64,000 nt of DNA from the NCBI GenBank assembly GCA_964019425.1, contig OZ025790.1, positions 682,001 through 746,000 on the forward strand. Reading direction: 5' to 3'. The position numbers and the translations under genes were made by a program. Shown piece by piece: positions 35,997 to 47,900 of this stretch (within the stretch, counting starts at the first letter, position 1; every line of letters begins with the position of its first letter). The notes under the pieces are model-generated. The model was not told where the DNA came from. It ran no database searches and saw nothing but the letters and a program-made list of their open reading frames with translations. This DNA comes from Flectonema sp. DT1601 (lineage: Eukaryota).

Positions 35997-38900
35997 TTAA
36001 TCTTTCTTCGTGAGACCGAAGACACCATCCCAGTATTGGTTCTTAACTTCTGGAAGTGGTGATCTTGGGCGATCAAATCCTCCCTGAGTTAGGGTACCGT
36101 ACGCTGTTGAAAACAAAACGCCGTGAGCTCTGTTCTCCAACTGTGTTCTTGAACTATCTTCGTTGTAGAAGTTTGTGTAGAATTCACTCTCAACAGTCGA
36201 AACGTTATCCTTGTGTGTGTCTACGAACCCAACATCACTTCCTTCACCACCAATGATTTCATTCCTATCAGCTGTGTGGTCATCCCGACTGATATCAATC
36301 ATTCGATCCCAACAATCGACATCAAATAATTTATATGTCGAACTCTTTAAGTCAACGTAATTGTTATCAACTAGTTGTCCATCTCTTTGAAGAATTGATA
36401 AAACGATTCCTGTGAGTTGTTGAAATTATTAATTCCAATTAATGAAAAAAAGGGAATCTGAAAAAGGATCCTAACCTACCAAACAAAGACATACCTGCGT
36501 TATTGTTAACCAGAACATCAGCACCATTGCCTCCATTGATAATGTCACAAAGAGGACCACTCTTTGGTTCATCGTGATTGAAGCTGTCGGAACTCTCGTG
36601 ATCTTCATCATCGTGATGAGAGTAACGTTTTTTGCGTTCATTCCAATCGTGATCATCATCGTCATGATGGTGTTCGTCGTCATGGTGATGCCACCAGCTG
36701 GTGTACTCATGGTGGTGACCTGTTTTTAATTTATTTCAAAACTCAACACGGATACAAAACTATTTTTTTGTTGAAAAATATTATCTCCAATCAGTTCCTT
36801 TTCAATTCCTCCTCACCTTCTCCCTTTTTTCAACCTCTCCCCACCCTCCTACCCTCCCTCTTGTGATTGGATTACTTCACACAAAAAGTTAATAAAAACA
36901 TACCCTTATCATTGTACAAAACAAGGTTGCTGTATGGGTGTAGACCCTCGTCTCTGCCCTTCAACAACCCAAGCTTCTTCGCCGGGTTGAGTGCACGTTC
37001 CTTGATAGTGTCTTGAATATTACTCATGTACATATCTTGGACTACATCAATGTGTTGGAAGTCGTGTTCTGTAGTTGGGTCAGCATGTGCTCCCGCAAAA
37101 GTATTGACGAACAAGATTCCGTAGTCTCCGATCACCACGTCGTCTCCGGCGTTTCCATTAAGCTCGTCGGATCCCCACTTCGTAAGCGGAAGGGCGTTCC
37201 ATCTCTCGTTCGAACGATGTCCAAGCTCGTGGATGGCAAGAGCGTGTGAAGGAGAAAACACGTCAACGTGGCGCCTGAACTTGTACTCCAAGTCGTTGAA
37301 CAGCTGAGTGAAGGTGTGCTTGTCGTGGTTGTCACTCGGGTAGTAGTGGTCAAAGTGATCATTGTGGTCATCTTGGTTAGCGTCGTGGTGGTCGCCGTTA
37401 TGATTGTAATCCCTGTACTCAACCCACTCCCAGTCCCAACCGTTCCAGCGGTAGTGTCCTGTGTGCTCGTGTTGCCACTCTCCATGGTGATCGTGTGCAG
37501 GAGGATTCTTTGTCAGGGTCTTCGAAACTAACACCAAACCATCACCAACCAGAACATCGTTTCCGTTGTTTCCGCGCATCACATCATTCGACACCGAGAG
37601 CTCCACCGCAGGTGCGGCAACCCCGACATCGCTGTTAGCAACCAACGCCTCAACAATCGCGTGGTGGGCTTCGAATACTGCGTGTGCAGCGTCCGCCGCC
37701 AACACCGAGTAGTCGTACAAGACGTGCATCATACCCTTCACAACGATTTCCAAGTCATCCTCAACAATTTCGTCGTGGAAGATTACGTCTACGAACGACT
37801 GCATGTTGTCTCCAACCAGCAAATCGTTTCCATTTCCTCCGTTTACCACATCGTTTCCGATCACTACCTCCGCTGGAAGCGCGTATGTTCCTTGGTCCGA
37901 CTCGTAGGTACGCAAGTCAGTAGACGCTCGGAGGAGGCGTTTCTGCAACTCAATCCAGCGCGCACCAGCTGAGTCGTGAATGCAGTCCAAAGCACCGATT
38001 CTTAGGTTCATCATCGCGTGGTGTGTCGCACTGTCTCCAACCACGATGTCGTTTCCGTCACCCCCGTTCAACACGTCGTTTCCGTACAACGCCCTCTGGT
38101 TACGCACCGCGTCTGGGATCATCGACACGTATCCCCTCATCGTGTGTGACTGGTCGTCCGTGCGCCTCACATCTGCTACCCCGACTGCCTCGTGCAGTTT
38201 CTCCAACGCAGTCGGCAACACGGTAGCCATTGCCGCCCCCTCGATGATTTGCATAGCCGCCGCACGGTTCGAAGACTCCGGCTTCAACGCGATTCCAACG
38301 TGCATCACCGTTCCGAATTCATCGACTTCCAGAGGAGGCGAGTTCGCCGCACTGTCCTCCACCGACAGCACTCGAATCACGTTCGACACCAGAGGCATGT
38401 CGGAGTCGTAGTGGTACACCGAAGACACATCGTCTCCGTACAGCAAGTCGTTTCCTCCCTCTCCCGACAGCACGTCGTCTCCACGCTGTCCGAACAGATA
38501 GTCGTCGCCGTCTCCACCGTTCAGCGTGTCGTGGCCGGCAGGCTTCAACCTCATGCCCGCAATCGCCGTCTCCCACTCACCGCTTGGAGCCGTCGCCTTC
38601 ACCTTCTGCGATTCGAATGCGCCCATCGACACCAGCAGCTCGTTCCTGAAGAAGGTTGCGGCTTCGTCAGCTGTGAACGTGCTACTCTCCCACGTTGGCA
38701 GCCATCCGGTCACCGTCACCGGCTCTTCGAGAACAACGTCACGGTGCCAGGCACCTGTCCTTTCGTTCAAACGCGGGCTTCCGCCGCTCCTCAACGATCG
38801 CACCACGTGCCCGACATCTCCGATCAGCACGTCCCGTCCTTCCCCGCCGTGCAGAACGTCGTCCCCGAGTTCACCGAACAGCTCGTCGTCTCCCTCCTGT

Positions 38901-41900
38901 CCGTGCAACGTGTCGTCTCCACGCTGACCGTGCAAGATGTCATTACCTGCTCCACCATCGATGCTGTCATTCCCAGACACCTCGTCGACGTCATCGAACC
39001 TCTGGATAGTCCGCACCACGTCTGCGAACATTGCCGATCCAGGGTACCGCTCCCACACCTTCTCGTGGTCGAATGGAGCTCCGTTCTCCATCGTTAACAC
39101 AGTCCTGCTGATTACACCGTTGTCACCCAGCACCACGTCTGATCCCTCTTCTCCGAAGATCGTGTCGTCGCTGTCCACTCCTCCCAGCACGTTGTGCCCC
39201 CCAGTGATGTCATCGTCGCCGTCCCCACCGTTGATCGTGTCCTTTCCTTGCTGTCCCATCAGGAAGTCATCCCCCTCCCCTCCGTTAATCGTGTCGTCTC
39301 CGGCACCGACATCCGACGACGTGAACAACGACAAGTACGTCGACCCACCACCCTCGAAGGCTGCGTGGTCACCCATCACCACATCCGAACCGGCGTTCCC
39401 GTTGAGCACGTCGTTTCCGGTTCCTCCGAATACGTAGTCGTCACCTGACCCTCCGTTGATCACATCCGACGCACCAGCCAGTGGATCGATCGTTTCCGCG
39501 GACACCACCTTCAGTGTCGCTGCATTCACCTTTGCGACAACCTGATCTCCCCACAACATATCCTGGCCATCCTCTCCGTCCAACGTGTCAGATCCTTGTT
39601 GCCCCGCCAAAAGATCATTACCAGCGCCTCCCTTTAAGTGATCCGCTCCACCATTCACGTCGTCTCCTGTCGACACCGATGTAAAGGTGAGCAGCTCGGT
39701 GGACCTTTCGAAGACCGCGAAGTCACCGAACGCGACGTCGTGACCTGCTTCTCCCTCCAACACGTCGTCACCTTTTCCTCCGAACATCACGTCGTTGTCA
39801 TCGCCACCGAACATCGTGTCCGCACCACCGGTCCCCTGCGACATTGGTTCCGCATGCGATACCAGTCCGGTGTTTCCCTGCTGCGTCTCGATCGACATGT
39901 GGTCTCCGAACATCCAGTCGTCTCCGGGGTTCCCCTTCAAGTTGTCTCCCCCGTTCCCGCCGACGATCACATCGCTGCCGGCCCCACCGGAAACCTCGTC
40001 CGCGCCTCCTCCGTACTGGTCCTCTGTAAACACCGATTCCAACGTCACGCTGCCATCCGCCACAGCGGTGCCCCACCTCAGCTCCAAGTAGTCACCGAAC
40101 AACACGTCGTTACCGACACCGCCTGCCAACTCGTCGTCTCCAGCCCCTCCGACCAGCACGTCCGCGCCGTCGTCTCCGTGAAGCTCATCTCCGCCACCCA
40201 TCCCTGGATCTGTGGACACCGCGTGCACGTTGTTTCCATCGTGTGGAATTGTTATCTCTGCGAAGTCACCAAAGATCCAATCATCTCCTGCGTTTCCGTG
40301 CATGACGTCCGCCGCTGCACCACCAAAGAGAACGTCGTCGCCTTCATCACCGTTCAGGGTGTCCGCTCCTCCGGCCTGGTCATCTCCCGGGAACGCTGTT
40401 TTCATAGTCACATCTCCCTCCTTCGACTTGGTGTACTCTGCGTGGTCTCCGAACACGAAGTCCCTTCCGGAATTTCCGCTTACTTCATCCGCAGCCGCAC
40501 CACCGATGACCACGTCGTCCCCCTCGTTTCCAGAAATCGTATCCCCTCCCCCGAGGGTCGCCTCCGTCGATTTCATCGTCACTCCCCCATCGACGATGTC
40601 CACCGAACCATGGTCCCCGAGGATCTTGTCGTCACCCGCACCACCAACGATGTCGTCTCCGCCTGCCCCTCCGAAGATGATGTCATCTCCATCCGATCCG
40701 GCAACCGTGTCGGCATCTCCGTTGCTTCCAGGGGTCTTGAAGACCGTGCGCATGTGGCGGTCTTCCGGACTTGTGTACGACCGCTTGATCTCTCCGCAGT
40801 CTCCGAACACCACATCATTACCTTCCCCACCGTCGATGACGTCCCTGTCCGCACCTCCGAACACGGAATCGTCACCGGCTCCAGCGACAATCGTGTCGTT
40901 TCCACCGCTCACCGCCTGCTCCAGACACTTCAGCGTGTGCTCGTCCTTCTTGATCGACAACAGCACGTCTCCGTGATCCCCGAACACCACGTCGTTTCCG
41001 CTCGACGCGTCGATGTGGTCAGCACCCTGTCCACCGATGATGAAGTCATCGCCTTCGTCACCGTTCAGTTTGTCGTCTCCTCCACAACCAGACTCGGTGT
41101 GCGTCGAGTGCAACACACGCTCGTCTTTCTTTGACTCATACAGACCGTGGTCCCCGACAATCACATCTGCCCCACCGTTTCCATCGATCACATCTCCTCC
41201 AGCACCTCCGAACACGTAATCGTCTCCAGCTCCCGCCGTGATTGTATCGTCGCCACCACTACACGACCCGAGTGTGATGAGTTTCGTAAGCTCCGCGCTC
41301 GGCGTCCACGCAACCTCCCCGAGGTCTCCGAAGATGTAGTCGTTCCCGCCCTCGCCGTCGACTTCGTCGTCTCCCTCACCCGCAACTACCACGTCGTCCC
41401 CTTCGCCAGCGAAGATCTTGTCCGCCGCACCGGCATCCGATGTCGCCGGACCTGCCGATCCCTTCACGGTGAAGTCACCTGGATTAGTCGTCTCGTATTT
41501 CCCGTAGTCTCCGATGATGACGTCCCCACCGGCCCCTCCGTGGACCACGTCACCGCCTGCCCCAGCGAGTATCTTGTCGTCGCCTAGTCCACCGTCGATG
41601 ACGTCGCTTCCCCCGCCCACCTGGTTTGCGTTGCGCAACCTCACCCAGTGTGACGATGGGTTCAAATGCACCTCTCCAGCGTCTCCGAACACGAAGTCAT
41701 CTCCGTCTCCTCCATTGATGGTGTCCTCACCACCACCTCCCAACAAGATGTCGTTCTCTTCGTCTCCGTTCAAGTGATCATCCTCCCCATCCGCCGCGTC
41801 ACCAGTCGTGACGAGGTGGGTCAGCCCAGTCAGAGGCGTGCGAGTCATGATCCCGATGTCACCGAATACCACGTCCAACCCAGCGTTTCCGCTGATCGAG

Positions 41901-44900
41901 TCCGCGCCCCGTCCTCCGAATAGGATGTCGTCCCCCGCGCTTCCGTGGATGGTGTCATCCCCGCTCCCGGCAGTGGCCTCGCCGTCGAAGACCGTTTGCA
42001 AAACCAAGTCACCCGGCTGTGTAAACATCTTCCTCACGCGTCCAAAGTCACCGAAGATGAAGTCGACTCCATCCTCCCCATCGATTACATCGTTGGCCGA
42101 TCCTCCGAACACGATGTCGTCTCCGCCACCAGTCAGAATCTCGTCATTCCCGCCATCCGCCAGCGCAGGCGCAGTCGACTCGTACACCAACGAATCGGCC
42201 TCCTTCGAGATTACCACCGATCCGTGGTCTCCAAACACCGAATCGTCTCCTCCGCGCGTGCGGATGACGTCGTTGCTCTGACCCCCGAACACGTAGTCCT
42301 TCCCGTCCTGCACGTCTATTGTGTCACTTCCACCCTCCCCGCCCTCCGTGAAGATCGAGGTCATGTTGAACTCATCGCTGGCATTGCGCTGCACGAATCC
42401 GTGGTCTCCGAACACCACGTTGTTCCCGTTGCTTCCATCGATGGTGTCGTTCCCGTATCCTCCGAAGACGATGTCGTCCGCGTCTCCTGCCGAGATGGTG
42501 TCCGCTCCGCCAGACAACGGAGCCAAGGATTCCAACGTGTAGGTCCCGTTCTCGTGGTCGCGTACGTGACCGTGGTCCCCAAAGATCCAGTCACTTCCCT
42601 CGGCAACCGTGATCACGTCGTCTCCCTGACCTCCCATGATGATGTGCCGGCCGTACGAACCCGTGATCGTGTCAGCTCCTCCCTCGCCATCGGAATCGGT
42701 GAAAGTCGACTTCACGTAGAGTCCTCCCACGTCGGGGTTGCTGCTGTCGTGCGTCGTCCGGTACACCTCTCCATGGTCCCCAAGCAAGATGTCTTCGCCG
42801 CTGCTACCGACCACCTCGTCGTCACCGAACCCACCAATGATCACGTCGGTCTCCGACTCTCCGTACAGGTGGTCATTTCCTCCCGACAAGCTCGCAGTCG
42901 AACGGAGCGACCACGTGTCCGAAGTTGCTGGGTCGTCGCTGATGTCAATCTCACCCTGGTCACCGATGATGAAGTCCTTTCCGTCCCCTCCGTGCACCGT
43001 GTCCCCTCCTTGACCACCGATTATGATGTCGTCTCCCACCGATCCGCTGAGGACGTCGTCGCCCCCCTCTCCCGCGTCCCCAGTGTGCAGCGACTCGAAT
43101 TTTCTCCATCCCCCAACCGCCGACCATTTGATCTGGTACCGACCATGGTCACCGAAGATCACGTCGTTGTGTTTTTCTCCCTTGATCGAATCCTTCCCAG
43201 TCCCTCCGAAAACCACGTCGTCTTCGTCCCCCGCGCTGATCTCGTCATCTCCACCGGTCGTCGGCGACGTCGAAGTCATGATCGTCAGTTCCTCGCTTTC
43301 CCTCACTTCGATCTCACCAAAGTCCCCGAAGATCCAATCCTTCCCGGTGTGTCCGGTGATCACGTCCAACACCCCACCTCCTCCGAAGATGATGTCGTCA
43401 CCGATGTCCCCGACCAGCACATCAGAGTCGTCCGCCGACTGGTCCGCCAACTCAAAAAGCACCGACCGGTACACGATGTCTCCCGGCACCGCGCTCGTGA
43501 TCGCACCGTGGTCACCGAACAGAACGTCGTTTTCACGCTCACCGTACACCTTGTCCTGACCAAACCCTCCAAACAAGTAATCCATTCCGTCTCCTCCCCG
43601 CAGGTCATCTGCCCCTCCTCCCGACGTCGCGTGAGTTGATTCCAAGTGGAACGACGTCGGTCCCAAGTTCACCAAACCGTGGTCCCCGAACAGCCAATCA
43701 CGCCCTGCTCCACCGACAATCTTGTCAATTCCTTGTCCTCCGAACACGATGTCGTCTCCGTCGTGGGTCGTGATCACATCGTCGTCCCCGTGCTCCGCCT
43801 CCGTCAGTATCGACTCCCAGTGACCCTCCCCATGGGCTGCGCTGCTGAACTTTCCGTGGTCACCGAACACCGCGTCGTTGTGCTCGTTTCCGTCGATCGT
43901 GTCCTTCCCTTCGCACCCGAAGATGTAGTCGTCCTCATCTCCTCCAACGAGCGTGTCGTTTGCCCCGCATCCGAGAATCGACTCCACCGATCGGAAGTCC
44001 AAACTTGGGGCCAGGGTTCCCTTCCCGTGGTCTCCGATGATCCAATCCTTTCCGGTGAACCCTTCGATCACATCAGATCCGAACCCTCCGATCAGGACAT
44101 CGTTTCCGTGCTCACCGTAGATCAGGTCCGCCCCCCCGTCTTCGCACGTGAACAACGACTCCATCGCCATGTCTCCAGGCTTCGCGCTCTCCACCGACCC
44201 GAAGTCCCCGAACACCACGTCGTCGTGCTTTCCAGCGTGGATCGTGTCAGCTCCCCGTCCACCGAAGATCACGTCGTCCTCGTCTCCTCCAGACAGCTGA
44301 TCCCCAGCCCCGTGTCCCGGACTCGTCGACTCCATCTTGAAGTACTCGAGTGAACCGTCCAAGAGGGCCTTCCCGTAGTCTCCGAACATCCAATCCCGCC
44401 CAGCCCCTCCTTCGACCACGTCCGCCCCAGCGCCACCGAAGATGATGTCGTGGCTCTCCCCTCCGTAGATCGTGTCCTTCGCCCCCGTCGCAGGAGGAAG
44501 CGGCTGGTCGACCACTTCGAACGACGCATCGTACAGCCGGCTCCCAGCCGAAATGCTCTCGTACCGTCCGAAGTCTCCAAACAACACGTCCTTGTGATCG
44601 CCTCCGTGGATCTCGTCCGAACCCGGCCCTCCAAACACGAGGTCGTTCCCCTCCCCTCCACCGAGGGTGTCTTCTCCCCCGTACTCGAGAAAAGTCGTCT
44701 CCGCAGTCGCGTAAGTCTTGCTCGGCGAAACTTCCACCGCCCCTGAATCTCCAAACATCCAATCGTCACCGGCACCGCCGACGACGTTGTCTCCTCCCTG
44801 ACCACCCACGAGGATGTCGTCATCGTCTTCTCCGAACAGCGCGTCAGAGTCACCGGCAGCAGCCGCTGCTCCACCGGACACCGACCAGTACTTCCGATCT

Positions 44901-47900
44901 TCCCCAACCACCTCGAACTCACCGCAGTCTCCGAACAGCACGTCGTTGTTGTCCCCACCGTGAAGCTCGTCCGATCCAGCTCCACCGAACACCGTGTCCT
45001 CATCGTCTCCTCCGTACACCACGTCCCGGGCTCCGAGGGCCACCGCGTCGCCCACGGCGCAGCGTCCCTTCGCCGTCGCCACGTCCGCGATCACCCCCAC
45101 CTCAACCGCTCCGTGGTCTCCAAAGATCGTGTCTCTCCCCTCCCCTCCGGATATCGCATCTTCGCCGGCCCCTCCGAACAAGAAGTCGTGTCCGCTCTGT
45201 CCGCTCAACGTGTCGTCGCCACCTTGCTCTGCGAACAGCGACTCCAGCGTGAAGTCCGTCGGCTTCGAGAGAGCACTCGTGTACCGCCCGTGGTCTCCGA
45301 ACAGGAAGTCCCGGTTCATCGATCCAAGCACCCGATCCCCAGAAGCCCCTCCGAACGCCGTGTTGTTCCCGTACCCGACGTCGATCACATCGGCACCCCC
45401 GTCCGATGGGTGTCTTGACTCCGCAACGGTCACGTGACGGTCTTCCTCAGCTCCCTTCTCCGAGAAGTATCCCAGTCCAAGCATTCCGTGGTCCCCGAAA
45501 ACCACATCGTCCGAGCGCCCAGTGTCGATCACATCCGCTCCAGGTCCTCCGAACACTATGTCGGCCGAATCCCCGGTGTTGATCGTATCATCGCTTCCCT
45601 GCCCTGGGCATGTTGACTCCATTTTCACCACTCGACCCTCGGCGTCGAACTCAATCGAACCCAAGTCACCGAATACGAAGTCCAACCCGCCCTCCGTTGT
45701 GATCTCGTCCCCTCCAGGTCCTCCAAATATGATGTACCTCGAGCATCCTTTTGTTACGATTACATCCTTCGATCCCGCTGCCTCAGCGGCGCACGCCGAC
45801 GAAGGCGACTCAGCGGTTTGCGCCGACGTCGGAGGCGCTGCCTTTCCGTCCAGCTGGCCCGTCGAACCGTGAGCTGAACCGATGCTCATCGTCCCCCCGT
45901 ACGTCACCGTCCCCTCGTCTCCGAAGATGATGTCCGCCTTTTGACCTGGGTAGATCGTGTCACTCCCCAATCCTCCCACGATGATTAGCGGAATCACCGT
46001 CTCACGGGCATCAATTACGTCGTTGCCCCCCTCACCGTTCACCACGAAGAATCCGTCTGGGATCTCCCCTCCCAAGTAGATCTCCACTTCGTCGTCTCCG
46101 CCTCCCGTGTTCAACGTCGTCACCACCCGTTCTCCCTCAACCGCCGCCAGGATCGTGCTGCGCACGTACACCTTGTCCTTCTCTTGACCCGTCCACACCG
46201 TGATCCCTCCAGTGAACGTCCCCACGTACGGGATCGGCACAGGTGCCAAATTACGGATCAGGTTCTTCTCCAAGATCACCCGTTCACCATCCACTCCCTT
46301 CCCGGACCCAGTGCTGTCGCTCACCATCAACCGGTTGCGTCCCGTCCCCGCATCCAGTGTGATCGTGTTCTGGATGTACTTCAGCCACCCCGGCAGCGTT
46401 GATCCCGACCCAGCTTCCGCAATCGTCACCAGGTTAGCATCTGACCCGAGGGCAATGACGTCGTCCCCTCCGTGGGTCCGGATCGCAGTCGGGATCGACA
46501 CTCCACGCACGTTGATTGCATCCTTCGCCGTCGTTCCCATGTCGATCTCGAGCGTGCGCATGTCTCCGTAGTTGATCCCGGCCAACCGCACGCGGGAGTT
46601 GATGTCCGCACCCGCCAAGTATTCCACCTCCCCGTTCACCACCCCGGATACATCCACCGTTATCGCCCCACCAGCAGTCTCCGCTTCACCCTCGTACCTC
46701 ACAATGTACGTCAGGGAATCCACCGAGTCCACCGCAAAGCTCCTCGTGCACTTGCTCTTCAACTCGTTCCCGCACCGGTTGGGGTCCGCCCCGAACACCG
46801 CATGTTGCATCGCATCCTCAATGGTCTTCGCAGCTGTCCCCAATGAGAACGCGTCAAGGTGGTACACCATCCCGTCGAACTCGAACGACAGCGCGAACGC
46901 ACCCGACGTCCCGCGCACCGTCACCGCGTGCACCTTCTTCGAATCTTCTCCGCGCTTTGCAACCATTCCGAAACCGGACAGGTCCGTTCTCGACAAGAAC
47001 CCGGCGAATCCGAGATCCGGGTTCCCTCCCCAGTTGTTAATGTGCAGCGTGTTGTGCTCTCCGCTCCCTCCGCTCAGCGACACCAGGTCTTTGATCTGCA
47101 CAAGCTTCCCCGCATCGTCTCCGACCACAAAAGTGTCGTCTCCCTCCTGTCCGTTCACGTACGTCGGCCCAACAGCCCCGTACACCTGAAACGTGTCGTC
47201 CCCCTTTCCAGCGTTGATGTAAGTCGCCCCCGTGTGCGTACCTCCCACCACCACCGTGTCCACAGCAGCTCCGAGGTTCAACACCACCACCTCCAAGTCC
47301 GAGTACTGGATTCCACCCAGAAGCGCCTTCCCTTCACGCACTCGGTCGGTTCCCATTCCCATTCCGGTGACGCGTCCTGGCAACAACGTCACCGTCGTTG
47401 GAAGGAATCCCCCCGTGTTCTCCACCGTCAGCGTGTCGATCTGCATTGACTCGATCACATCCAGGTTGGGGTTGTCCAGGCGATCCGCGAATACCCCGGA
47501 GTCCGTCTCCCCCGGCAACATCACCGGTGGCAGGAAGTCGATCGCAGTGGGGTTGTTGTCTCCGCTGACCGTCAGAGATCCCTGGATTTGGTACGCCAGA
47601 GACGGTTGCGCCCCGAACTCCTTCACCGTGTGGTCATCCACCGCGTTGTCCACCACCGCCGTCACCGTCACCGTTTGCGCAATGTAGTAATTCGAACTGT
47701 CGAACGTCAGCGTCGCCGGACTCACGCTCACCTGCTCACGCTCCGGCAGGAACTTCGCCTCGATCGCCTTCGTCTTCTTCACAGTCGGCGACACCGTCAC
47801 CGATCCCTGGGGTTCCTTGGTCAGGTACACTTCGTACGTGTCAGTCAGGCCACCCTCGATGACGTCCGTGCTCCCATGCGACTCCAGCAGCACCATCCCC

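Noticed and set aside
36471..36710. 79-aa ORF MSTPAGGITMTT...
   Set aside because: Wrong frame of exon 2; the His/Asp-rich frame is the one that joins exons 1 and 3.
36872..36903. ORF-track C-terminus GMFLLTFCVK* of the giant protein
   Set aside because: Read-through into intron 1; the spliced model continues with RTX-like sequence.
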